IMG/VR virus record: IMGVR_UViG_3300025093_000027
Span: 1 to 52,875 of that record
Direction: 5' to 3' (one strand)
DNA: 52,875 nucleotides
Source: a virus
Lineage: Duplodnaviria; Caudoviricetes
A model generated the notes under the pieces. That model saw only the letters and a program-made list of their open reading frames with translations. It was not told where the DNA came from and did not search any database. The translations under genes were made by a program, and so were the position numbers. Positions 11,401-19,473 of this stretch are shown piece after piece. How positions within the stretch are numbered: the stretch's first letter is position 1; the number at the start of each line of letters is the position of its first letter.

Positions 11401-13417
11401 ATCTAATGCTCCTTATTCGGGACATAATGTTATTGATGTAGCAAGAGGCACCTCAAGTGATTTTGATACTTATACAGGAACAACATCTCTACCCGCCATT
11501 GATGATGCTGGTGGAGATCCTTATGCTCAAACTGATTATAGATACATAGCACATAGAGGTCCATTAGTAGTCCATGGATGGGGTTATGACTTAGCTGGAA
11601 AACCAGTTCCAAACTCTGGTGGTGCAGACGTTGAAGATAGCTGGCAAGATAATTATGACGGGCTTGCCGATGGGTTTAAAGAGGGTTGGTTGCAAAATGA
11701 TAAATTGTGGCCTACTGCTCCAGTAGATTTAAGATATGATAGAAGAAGGGGTGTATGGACTACTCCACCTAGCTTTAGAATGTATAAGGTGACTGGTAGC
11801 CCCATATCTGCTGGTGCTAGCGGTCCAGTTGTAGTTTTAAATGCTAATGATGTGTATGATGCTAATGGTGATGTGATCAACACTAAAACTGTTAATGTTA
11901 CTAACATCACTGATAGTACGACACCATCTGGTCAGGATTACATGGCTTATTATGATAATGTTAATAATCAATATTGGCCTATCTTCCCCGGAAGTGGAGG
12001 AGGTGGTGGTGGATTAAGTGGTATCTGTATTGAGTTTGATGCACAGTATGAATGTGGTAATGTATCTAGTATTTCAGATATTCAACAAATTAAAATTGGT
12101 AATGGTATAGCTGCAATCGGTTATGAATCTGCTGCTTGTAATGGAACTAATCAATCTGGTGTGCAATTATCAACAATACATAAAGTATCAGCCCTAAATC
12201 TTTGTCTTCCTAGTGATACTACTAGTGCAGCGGCTACTCCACTAGATAGAAAAACTTTTGGAAACTTAGAATTTGGTAATGGTCTTGTTGTTTTAGAATA
12301 CAATGGAGAAGATGATGGTTCTCCTTCTGCTCCTGACGGTGCTGGTGCCGGTGGTAGTTTATGTGAGTATAAAATAGAAGCACCTTTATTGGTTACTGGT
12401 AGAAGAACTAGTGCATCACAGAGTGATCCAGCGTTTGGTCAGGGTTGCGTGCCTGCATCAGCATCAGATCAACCTAATTCTTTTTCTAAAGCAAAGACTT
12501 TTCACTTAGAGTTTGCTGGTGCTATAGCATTGTATAAAAAGCCTGTTGGAACCGCAGGCAATCTTGGTCCTAATTTAGATTTATGTGAAACTTTTGTAGC
12601 CAAAGTTTGCACTCCTACTATGTTTTATAAGAGTTGTGGTTTATCTTCAACAGTACTCGCTGCATCGACATATACTTCTGGACTAGCGGTTCATCAATAT
12701 GATGGTTTATTTTTTGAAGGTTTTCGTGCAGAGCCATTTCAGTCTTTAGCAGGTAGAAGCTTACTGATTCAGCATAGTCATCGAATTGAAGGCGGTTGTT
12801 CAACACATCCAGATGGCATTGGTCCTGTAGATCCGTCTATAAATCAAACTAATGGACGAAGGTTTCAAGACATACGGCTTAGTGAGGCATTTTTTGTAAA
12901 AGAGAGTTCATCACAAGGCTATCCTCCTCAACCGGGAAATTTTGGAACTTGCTTATTAGATCTACACATATGTGGAAAAACTGCCGATGTTGAGCTAGTA
13001 TGTGATGTCTCATGTAATAATAATGTTTTGACCAAGTTTACTCAGACTTTGAAATTTGAAGAAGGTGTTCTTCAAGACCCCGGAGAATGTGCTGGCAATA
13101 ATGTAACTCAAACAACCAGTATGAGTATGACTTATGCTAATAACGTAGACGCTGTTAGCAACTATACTTCTCCTGATAACATGTCAAGTGTAATTAGAGT
13201 TAATGCTTCTACATCTTCGTATACAGTAACATTGCCAGATGCTAGTACTATGATTGCCTATACAAATACAGTTATGAAAGTAGATAATACAGTCAATACA
13301 GTTACAGTTCAAGGTGCTGGTGGTGCAACTATTAATGGTGCTGCAAGTCAGACACTGACAAATCAGTATGAATCAATAACCGTTCATACAGATGGCACTA
13401 ACTGGTTTATAAACTAA
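8459..13417 (+). CDS. Large tail/baseplate/adsorption protein, 1652 aa, with Cys-rich distal region and C-terminal fibre-type beta domain
   Basis: AGGAG RBS at ~8448. GSGGGGG linker at ~11990. C-terminal YTVTLPDA...KVDNTVNTVTVQG...TING..SQTLTNQYESITVHTDGTNWFI resembles a common phage fibre-tip module. Confidence 0.7.
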   Translation: MPPKNSCTPQSVFGGYTQTLFLGMSVLDFSATAGWNEQASTVTIKLVKDECAGPRDYFDDNFNWQTSVNFPAGDPGFNNAPIGSAAFFKVEDFEFAGIIQSFNITEDPGGFPILIVNLISPNILLDGAQVITDEYQGSVLSMPNVFNVYGWLESRTNNCPQIGGFGAPAGGFGNARRNERGIPWYFAKGALQVLLGGAETSDYSWHGGITYKQGLTAGKYGSIRSEGYVVDITDLPTTTDIYYRLTNGNYTLSELISEICKDGGYEYYVDLVPCKGGVTPPITNVIKIRTVSRRSQPALGEISTFITDQNTGPAGKIITQDSIGEELRNDSPNSAFIVGAKKKQTYEQTSASFITPFWGFNDSGGFNTASFTAGQWQITVDVRALNLSLNTTTGSNTITFSESALLAAMGYSQDAFLSWLQANEPSSNLSTYFFTNLSLNAPFDIKLGAALGKPAIDAARPAGQGSRDPQTTQAKDAQTFFSWLKSYGDQVYGKQWLVAVPWVCYTNDPETNQLLLSDEPSTDGAWPNTLTAVLGMTFPSSYTDFFADEQGKLQTIMRFNGAINTSLLSDEDYVTDGTNVWVKGEINEKWALLPSTFFGAQYAAALVTIPNRVTISPTLALSQTMYGGANFRVPSVGADFNPNANPGAVAGPAALPFFAPVSAALPVKSNTTTYGPWLATASSLIVNGHPFGGKVYYEQDDGLAPWEYGGFTFMNLGAAAKIDNSITNETVSERGSVTLAGYPEKTLGLAITDSPSLVASRVLQNGLYQGSNYYYVNTGGVSTKAAQITNIQVTVNGSAITTQYQISSFTPVFGRFTKDNAERVKQIGQQRLEFGRKVRAALAREARLAAGQRKAALQQFASMLNQSDSDSGASAYLTGKRLTNRSKNNYVVSNTLQGTSNTDDYDNSANVSMDGMQSPVQKRAGSSNLSKEVADPNNPTTSDQPNFSEAAPPPLNEYTPIRVSTDYLDFLATPASDVAQRSNAPYSGHNVIDVARGTSSDFDTYTGTTSLPAIDDAGGDPYAQTDYRYIAHRGPLVVHGWGYDLAGKPVPNSGGADVEDSWQDNYDGLADGFKEGWLQNDKLWPTAPVDLRYDRRRGVWTTPPSFRMYKVTGSPISAGASGPVVVLNANDVYDANGDVINTKTVNVTNITDSTTPSGQDYMAYYDNVNNQYWPIFPGSGGGGGGLSGICIEFDAQYECGNVSSISDIQQIKIGNGIAAIGYESAACNGTNQSGVQLSTIHKVSALNLCLPSDTTSAAATPLDRKTFGNLEFGNGLVVLEYNGEDDGSPSAPDGAGAGGSLCEYKIEAPLLVTGRRTSASQSDPAFGQGCVPASASDQPNSFSKAKTFHLEFAGAIALYKKPVGTAGNLGPNLDLCETFVAKVCTPTMFYKSCGLSSTVLAASTYTSGLAVHQYDGLFFEGFRAEPFQSLAGRSLLIQHSHRIEGGCSTHPDGIGPVDPSINQTNGRRFQDIRLSEAFFVKESSSQGYPPQPGNFGTCLLDLHICGKTADVELVCDVSCNNNVLTKFTQTLKFEEGVLQDPGECAGNNVTQTTSMSMTYANNVDAVSNYTSPDNMSSVIRVNASTSSYTVTLPDASTMIAYTNTVMKVDNTVNTVTVQGAGGATINGAASQTLTNQYESITVHTDGTNWFIN

Positions 13418-14166
13418 CATCCAGCAGCATTTCCTACTGCTGTTTTAGCTGTTGGGCAAGCTGTTTGATCAAATGTAATCTTGATAACCATCTCATCCCC
13501 TTGGGCACAGCAGTTACATCCACCGGGAAAACTTGGATTTTGTCTAGGAGAATCTACTAAAAAGTAAATCTCTAATGTGCCTTTGTTTGGGCATGAACTA
13601 CCTGTATCTTCTTCGCATGTAGTTGGCCCATATTCAGTGCCGCAATAATCAAATGTTCCAACTTGATTAATGTAGAAAAAAGTATCGTATCTTTCTTTAT
13701 TATCAGAATTGCTATCACAAGCTGAATTACTGTATTGCATTTGCAAGACCCACCTAGCACCATCACAGTTATTTAATGTGCTTTCGGCTGTGGTGCCGCC
13801 CGGATCTGCGGCACACCTTAATATAAGCCTTAGATTAACATTAGCACACTGTCCAGTGCTACCATTAATTCTAGGACTATTTGGGCTTGCCCACTCTAAA
13901 GCGTCTATACAATAATCTGAATCAGGTCCAAAAGATCCGGGGGACATGCATCCAGTTTTTGCATCAAACTCTCCAGCACTACTGCATGGGGTGGATGCTA
14001 AACATTGTTTATCAATAATCTCATATTTTAGACTATGTTCAGCGGACCAATAGATTTTGTCAGTGGGATAAAGCCAGTCACAACAACAAGTTTGTTCTCC
14101 ACATCCACAACACTCACAATATTCTGTTGTCGCATTTGGAATTTCATGCCCATCAACAATACCCAT
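13414..14166 (-). CDS. Cys-rich protein (23 Cys in 250 aa), possible tail-tip accessory
   Basis: TAATG coupling to the upstream gene. CECCGC, CCC and CNCC clusters. Its stop overlaps the stop of the convergent tail gene. Confidence 0.75.
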   Translation of the reverse strand: MGIVDGHEIPNATTEYCECCGCGEQTCCCDWLYPTDKIYWSAEHSLKYEIIDKQCLASTPCSSAGEFDAKTGCMSPGSFGPDSDYCIDALEWASPNSPRINGSTGQCANVNLRLILRCAADPGGTTAESTLNNCDGARWVLQMQYSNSACDSNSDNKERYDTFFYINQVGTFDYCGTEYGPTTCEEDTGSSCPNKGTLEIYFLVDSPRQNPSFPGGCNCCAQGDEMVIKITFDQTACPTAKTAVGNAAGC

Positions 14167-14402
14167 TATTCACCCTTTTGCTCATCTGGATTTGGTTGTG
14201 ATGCTTGAGCTATTTCATTTAATAACTCCACACAAGACCTATTATGTTCCATCGCTTCAACGTGCTTGATGCCTTCCTCTACAAGATCACCATGCTCACC
14301 AACACCAACAGCATTAGTAAGATAAATATTCAAATTTGCCCTAGCTCTAAGAAACTTAGCATGGAAGTGTGCTTGTAGTGTGTTCAATAGATCTTCATTC
14401 AT
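14166..14402 (-). CDS. Conserved small phage hypothetical protein (ANLNIYLTNAVGVGEH motif)
   Basis: The motif resembles a small protein common in aquatic phages. ATGA and TAATG overlaps on its two sides. Confidence 0.75.
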   Translation of the reverse strand: MNEDLLNTLQAHFHAKFLRARANLNIYLTNAVGVGEHGDLVEEGIKHVEAMEHNRSCVELLNEIAQASQPNPDEQKGE

Positions 14403-14638
14403 TCCTTATTCTCCTTGTTAGAACTTAAAACCCCATTAAGAAACTTCTGTCTCTTTTTACATCCACATTCATCAATACCTAGCCATTTCTGTACTGTATC
14501 AGGTGTGATACCAAAAAGACCAAATACTTTAGAAACCTTATCGCCAATACCTTGGCTTTCTACAGAATCTGTAGCAGAGACACCTTCCTGTTCTAGTGCC
14601 TCCACTACTTCATCTAGTTTTTCCTCTTCATTAGACAT
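14399..14638 (-). CDS. Small phage protein with GIGD...ECGCKKRQKFLN motif (start revised to 14638)
   Basis: ATG at 14638 (MSNEEEK) overlaps the stop of the preceding ORF. GxGD...CGCxxRxxxLN is a recurring small phage-protein pattern. Confidence 0.75.
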   Translation of the reverse strand: MSNEEEKLDEVVEALEQEGVSATDSVESQGIGDKVSKVFGLFGITPDTVQKWLGIDECGCKKRQKFLNGVLSSNKENKE

Positions 14639-14912
14639 GCGATACCTTGCAATGATGTTTAAACTGTTTTTGCTTAATCCTTCTTGACTTATCATCAAGA
14701 GGTAAGTATTCTCCCTTATTCCACATTTTAAATCTATCTGATTTATCGTCTACTTGAGAGATACTCATACAACGACATGGAAACTCAACTTGAACTGTTT
14801 CATCAGTGTCAACATGGACAACCTGCCCAAAAGCAAACTGATGTCAGTCAAAGGCTGGGAATCCGGGTAGTGGTTCTCTAGTTCTATGAACCCAATCGCC
14901 AAGCTTTACCAT
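14631..14912 (-). CDS. 93-codon SH3/KOW-like protein with one in-frame UGA at codon 23 (candidate selenoprotein/readthrough, or recent nonsense allele)
   Basis: MVKLGDWVHRTREPLPGFPAFD*HQFAFGQVVHVDTDETVQVEFPCRCMSISQVDDKSDRFKMWNKGEYLPLDDKSRRIKQKQFKHHCKVSHV. The ATG lies 1 nt after the upstream TAA with a GGGAG RBS. The terminal TAA overlaps the next start (ATGTCTAA). UGA at 14844-14846. Confidence 0.7.
14801..14843 (-). promoter_or_regulatory. SECIS-like stem-loop immediately 3' of the in-frame UGA
   Basis: CAUCAGU (+1..+7) pairs with ACUGAUG (+37..+43). Upper stem UGGGCA/UGUCCA closes a GGU apical loop starting at +21. Confidence 0.5.
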
Positions 14913-14913
14913 A

Positions 14914-15294
14914 TTAACTCTCCCGTTGAAAATTAAACCATCCATTATGAGGAAGATAACCGTAATGCTTTTCAGCATAAGCCTGCTCATTAGCACGCTG
15001 TTCTTGTTGCTTCTCAGAAAGCTGATCCCATCTAATCTTAGGATAGATAACACCACCTTTTTTAGCCCTACCAAAGATAACTTTAGCACGACATTCCTGA
15101 CAAACAACTTCTAACCAATCGTTTTCATCTTTGTCTAGTCTGCACACATACTTTGTATGCTCGCTACCACATTTGCCACACTTATTATGGTCAAAAACTT
15201 CTTGGACTCTAGCGATCTGTTTAAAGATTTCATACTCGCTATCGCCCTCTACTTCAAACGATACCTTACCGTCTGGACCTACAACTGCTTTCAT
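14914..15294 (-). CDS. Hypothetical zinc-ribbon protein
   Basis: CGKC...CQEC. AGGAG RBS. Confidence 0.75.
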   Translation of the reverse strand: MKAVVGPDGKVSFEVEGDSEYEIFKQIARVQEVFDHNKCGKCGSEHTKYVCRLDKDENDWLEVVCQECRAKVIFGRAKKGGVIYPKIRWDQLSEKQQEQRANEQAYAEKHYGYLPHNGWFNFQRES

Positions 15295-15306
15295 AATAAT
15301 GCTCCT

Positions 15307-16035
15307 TTAGAAAGAACTTTGCCAACTCGCATCATAACCTAAAAGTTCTTCTGGGATTGACTTTTCCCTTTGATAAGAAGTGATCTTATCCATCAGAACA
15401 GATGCTTCCAAGTTAGTCAATTGCTTTAAAGTCTTTGCATTATTATATACACTTTTGGTAACTTTTTCGACATTTAAATCATGTTTTCTGCAAACTGCAT
15501 TAATAGCCATAATTTGCTGATCATTAATGTGATCTTGTGCCGTAAGGACTTCTTCTTCACCAACCTGTGTCTGTGCTTCTTCAGCAGTAACAACACGAAG
15601 TTTCAATGCACGACGAAGAGCCTTTCCTTCTGCTCTGGTATCAGCGGTAGCAACAACGTGACGATTAAATGGATGAGGAACACCACGATAATCCACATCA
15701 ATACAAGCATCGCACTCTGCTAAAGTCCCTGTTTTGTATTTGCGAATCAATAATGTATGTCTTACAGTACATCTCAAGCCATTACCATCATGCTCTGTAT
15801 CAATGACATCGCTTTTAGATTTTACAATCTCACCATAGAACCTTTCGGTAAGTCTTCTTAAACCATCAGTGGTTGGATTACCTTGAACAAGTTCATTTTC
15901 GTATAGATTGTCAATCAGGAAATCATACCAACCTTCATCAGTTGGTTCTGGTGCTGCCATAGCTTCTTCAGAAATACCATACTCTTCTGCTTCACTAATC
16001 TCATCAATCATGCCTACAAAATCATCATTCTTCAT
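15307..16035 (-). CDS. Rad52/Sak-like ssDNA-annealing protein
   Basis: VATADTRAEGKALRRAL helix, typical of Rad52/Erf-like annealases, preceded by a beta-rich core and followed by a small C-terminal helical domain. Confidence 0.6.
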   Translation of the reverse strand: MKNDDFVGMIDEISEAEEYGISEEAMAAPEPTDEGWYDFLIDNLYENELVQGNPTTDGLRRLTERFYGEIVKSKSDVIDTEHDGNGLRCTVRHTLLIRKYKTGTLAECDACIDVDYRGVPHPFNRHVVATADTRAEGKALRRALKLRVVTAEEAQTQVGEEEVLTAQDHINDQQIMAINAVCRKHDLNVEKVTKSVYNNAKTLKQLTNLEASVLMDKITSYQREKSIPEELLGYDASWQSSF

Positions 16036-16790
16036 AGTTCAAAGTACCTTTCATTTTCAGGTGGATAACTTTTCTCAATCCTATTTAACAAGTCTAATAA
16101 ACTATCTAGGGTATCTCTCATAACCTTTTGTGATAGTCTTTTAGTCTGTTTTACTCTAACCATAACCATTCCTTGTCGTAATACTAGACCATCCTTTTGC
16201 ATATCAGATAGTTGATTACGAGCGAGATTCTCATGACCCCATACTGGCTCAAAATGTGAAGGTCCATCAACTTCAATAACAGTTTTTAAATCTGGAACAT
16301 ACAAGTCGATTTCCAACTCTGAGTTTTGCAACCAATGGGTCTTATGAAATTCTACCCTGAAACCCTCACTAATCAAGGCTTCAAGTAAAAATTTTTCCAT
16401 CTTTGAACCAGTTTTAGCAGCATGACGAATAGCATCGCCTGCCTTTTGTAGAAACACAGATTTCTCTTCTAGTGTTTTTTTATTCCATGACTCCTTACCA
16501 ATCAAAGACCTTTGTAATCTTTCCTCATTAGATAGATTATCCCATACCTTTGCTTGTGACTCGCTAATCTTGAGTTTAGTTTTCTCAGACCTTTTCTTAC
16601 CTTTAGTAGGATGTGCTGCTATACCTTGCTTTAATGCATTCTTTTGTGCTGCACTTTTATCCTTCATCTCGCACCCATTCTTTATAAGGATACGACGAAT
16701 CTTATTAGGATAAGTATCAAACTCTTTAGCTATTTCGTATGTACTTTTATTCTGATTCTTGTACATATCTATAATCTGATTTTCATTCAT
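16032..16790 (-). CDS. Free-standing homing-type endonuclease (HTH, NUMOD3-like basic segment, Vsr/DUF559-like nuclease)
   Basis: N-terminal STYEIAKEF HTH. HPTKGKKRSEKTKLKISES NUMOD3-like motif. EIDLYVP...IEVDGPSH nuclease motif. Confidence 0.7.
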   Translation of the reverse strand: MNENQIIDMYKNQNKSTYEIAKEFDTYPNKIRRILIKNGCEMKDKSAAQKNALKQGIAAHPTKGKKRSEKTKLKISESQAKVWDNLSNEERLQRSLIGKESWNKKTLEEKSVFLQKAGDAIRHAAKTGSKMEKFLLEALISEGFRVEFHKTHWLQNSELEIDLYVPDLKTVIEVDGPSHFEPVWGHENLARNQLSDMQKDGLVLRQGMVMVRVKQTKRLSQKVMRDTLDSLLDLLNRIEKSYPPENERYFEL

Positions 16791-17214
16791 CTGCTATTTG
16801 CCTCAAAACATTTACATCCCAATTGCTCATGATGTAGTTGACTTTCTTGTTACTAATTTCTTCTATAAGTTTCACTTGATTTGGATTCTCTACAATAATT
16901 TCAGTATTAGGATGAAGTAGCGTATTCTTCATAATTCTGTAGGTCATCCTTTGAGCATTATTCCACTCATAGTTTCTCACATAATAAAATCTCTTTTTAC
17001 AATACCCTAGATGGGGTAGTTGTTGAGACAATCTAAAACTAGAGGTAATAATTTTTCCATTAAAGTGAAATGCCTCGTATCTTTGCAATACGTTTGTTTT
17101 GACATCAGGAATCAAAGCTCCAGCGAATATGTGACATAGATGATCTTTCGCAAGTTCTTCAACGCTCGCCAGCATCTGCCTGTCTTTACCACCATCTGTT
17201 AAAAATCCTATCAT
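16783..17214 (-). CDS. Hypothetical protein, possibly a glycosyltransferase-related domain
   Basis: Coupled ORF inside the transferase cassette. Only weak motif support. Confidence 0.55.
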   Translation of the reverse strand: MIGFLTDGGKDRQMLASVEELAKDHLCHIFAGALIPDVKTNVLQRYEAFHFNGKIITSSFRLSQQLPHLGYCKKRFYYVRNYEWNNAQRMTYRIMKNTLLHPNTEIIVENPNQVKLIEEISNKKVNYIMSNWDVNVLRQIADE

Positions 17215-17993
17215 TGTACTATCTCCTGAATAATGCTATTTATCATTGCAGCTTGCTGACTGAATCCTAGCTGTGTTAGCATGTCTGCCACATAAGTAAA
17301 GTTGTTCTTCTGTTTAAATTCATCAATCACTATTTGTAGATCATTTTTCATCTTATCAGTTACGCCAGATGCTAGTAAATCATCCATACATTCCATTAGA
17401 GATGTTATACCAGTAAAGGTCTGTAATACTAAGTTATCTTTGCAATAACTGATAGGGTATGTACCCAGAGCAGCACTTCTTTGTGCATCTTCAACATTAA
17501 ATACTATAGATACTTTAGATTTGTTTAGGATCTCAAACATGTCTACATCTGAAATCATACCAAGATATCTAGGCGAATTAATTTTGACTGGCCCATAGGC
17601 TTTTACATTATAGTTTTCACATAAGAATGATGCCAAGAATACATGATCGGGATTCTCACAAAAAACTGAGATGTCTGTTTTTTCAACATCTTCTTTAAAT
17701 CCAAAAGTTTCAAGACTAGCTCTAGGAACATCTGTCTCCACAGGAATACTAATGTCTGCTTTATCGCTCTCACCTAAAGAGATAATCTTTAAGCCGTTTT
17801 GATCACGGTAAGCTTCGACGATACCATTGATATACTGTTTCTCCACAATTAATAAGTCTGGGCCATAATCGTTTAAAGCCTTAGCTATTTGGCTCATGTC
17901 TTGGACAGATGCGATTGGTCCAAGTCTACTGATTACCTTAGTTAAATCACTAGATGCATTGTATTGCATCCCGCCTTGTATTAGTACTTTCAT
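17211..17993 (-). CDS. Degenerate GT-B/CgeB-like glycosyltransferase-related protein
   Basis: MKVLI start, PDLLIV, and VKAYG...YLG..SDVDMFEILNKSKVSI resemble CgeB/Glyco_trans_1_2 segments. Confidence 0.5.
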   Translation of the reverse strand: MKVLIQGGMQYNASSDLTKVISRLGPIASVQDMSQIAKALNDYGPDLLIVEKQYINGIVEAYRDQNGLKIISLGESDKADISIPVETDVPRASLETFGFKEDVEKTDISVFCENPDHVFLASFLCENYNVKAYGPVKINSPRYLGMISDVDMFEILNKSKVSIVFNVEDAQRSAALGTYPISYCKDNLVLQTFTGITSLMECMDDLLASGVTDKMKNDLQIVIDEFKQKNNFTYVADMLTQLGFSQQAAMINSIIQEIVQ

Positions 17994-18703
17994 TAAATAA
18001 ACTCCTGTGCTTTTTGTAAATCCTTAGATGTATCTATGTCCATTATTTTTATGTCATCATTTTTGATACATTTAAATTTTCCACCACTATTTATTACATC
18101 GTTAATTACTTCAAAACAAAATTTCTTATCGGTCTGCTTAGACCAAACAAATTTTTTAAAAAGTGTCAATTCTCTGCTTGTTAGATACATTACATGTCCC
18201 CATTTATTAGGGAGGTCAAACATCATATACTCTAAATTCCCAGCATTGTTTATGTTGCACCCGACTTCATTATCTGACATGTGATCTGAAATAAGTACAC
18301 AAGAATGGTTATAGTCTATAGACTCTAATGCTTTTTCATTTAATAATAAATCGCCAAAGATAATCAATACATGATCGTTTTCTTTTATAGCTCTCAAGCC
18401 CATTCCAATACTTCTAACTACATTACTTTCATAGTATCTTTCATTTTCTATTTTAATTATATTATCTGGAGAATTGTTCATTAGGCGATCTGAATCGAAT
18501 CCAGTAACAAGAACAATCTCTTTGTTTGGTATAGAATCATTTATAAGATTAAGTTGTAGACTTATCAATGAATTATTTTTTATGTTTAATAAAGATTTGC
18601 AACCATAAGACTTCATCCTTCTTCCTATACCGGCAGACGGTATAATGACATGCACTAACATTTCATTGAGATTTTGACGGATTGGTTTTATGTGCTTCTT
18701 CAT
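17993..18703 (-). CDS. Nucleotidyltransferase (LicC/MobA/sugar-phosphate NTP-transferase family)
   Basis: IIPSAGIGRRM...KSLL signature, IFGDLL, and C-terminal MDIDTSKDL. Confidence 0.85.
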   Translation of the reverse strand: MKKHIKPIRQNLNEMLVHVIIPSAGIGRRMKSYGCKSLLNIKNNSLISLQLNLINDSIPNKEIVLVTGFDSDRLMNNSPDNIIKIENERYYESNVVRSIGMGLRAIKENDHVLIIFGDLLLNEKALESIDYNHSCVLISDHMSDNEVGCNINNAGNLEYMMFDLPNKWGHVMYLTSRELTLFKKFVWSKQTDKKFCFEVINDVINSGGKFKCIKNDDIKIMDIDTSKDLQKAQEFI

Positions 18704-19473
18704 TGTAAATCTTCATGATTAAGTAAGAGAGCAATACTACTTTCCTTTTTAATTTTTGTCTCTAACGCCTCATTCTTATTACCCTCATACTTTATATGTG
18801 CAACCTTACTAACTATCATACCATGTAGTAAGTCTTCATCTTTTATAACAGAGTATTGCATCATGTTATCAATCACATTGTTATACAACTTATCATACAA
18901 ATCATTAGGAACATCTTTATTAGATTCAAACACGGCATAGAAGACAAACCTATCCTTCTTAAATTTATTAAACAGGTAGTCTATGTAATACCTTGTATTT
19001 TCTGTCCCAGACTCAATGCTCCACCTAACACCTTTTTCATTGAGATAATCAATAATCCAATAGACATCTAGGTCAGTATTTTGATTAATAATACCAATCC
19101 ATTTAGGAGGATTACTTTGACTAAGGATTTCTTCTAGTCTTTTTTGAACCCTAGACATGTCATTAAGAGGTTCATCTTTTAGTACTAGAATAGCACCCCA
19201 ACTCATCTTAATCTCTTCTCTGACTAGGTTCTTCATGTTTTCAAGTGTTTCATTATCATGAACCCAACCAGCTACCCTTTGTTGTAAGCATAGATGATAG
19301 TTTAAAACATAAAAGTTTTTTACATTATCCGTTGCCTCTACAAGTTCATAGACAGGATGATTAGATATCTTTTCAATCTTACCCAATTCGCAATCTACCT
19401 GAGTATCTCCAACATACTTTGCAAACAAACAATCTTTACATGTAGTAGATACAACACTAACTTTATTTTCCAT
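18700..19473 (-). CDS. Hypothetical protein with N-terminal Cys cluster (start revised to 19473)
   Basis: CKDC...C...C motif. Overlaps neighbours on both sides. Confidence 0.65.
   Translation of the reverse strand: MENKVSVVSTTCKDCLFAKYVGDTQVDCELGKIEKISNHPVYELVEATDNVKNFYVLNYHLCLQQRVAGWVHDNETLENMKNLVREEIKMSWGAILVLKDEPLNDMSRVQKRLEEILSQSNPPKWIGIINQNTDLDVYWIIDYLNEKGVRWSIESGTENTRYYIDYLFNKFKKDRFVFYAVFESNKDVPNDLYDKLYNNVIDNMMQYSVIKDEDLLHGMIVSKVAHIKYEGNKNEALETKIKKESSIALLLNHEDLQ

Noticed and set aside
8459-14166. Diversity-generating retroelement or invertible tail-fibre cassette
   Set aside because: No reverse transcriptase, invertase, TR/VR pair or flanking inverted repeats were seen.
14805-14849. 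T4 gene 60-style translational bypass (GAC take-off before UGA, in-frame GAC landing 39 nt later, small GACUG-ACAU-CAGUU hairpin)
   Set aside because: Bypass would delete FGQVVHV, which looks like a core strand of the SH3-like pattern. Readthrough is more parsimonious, though bypass is not formally excluded.
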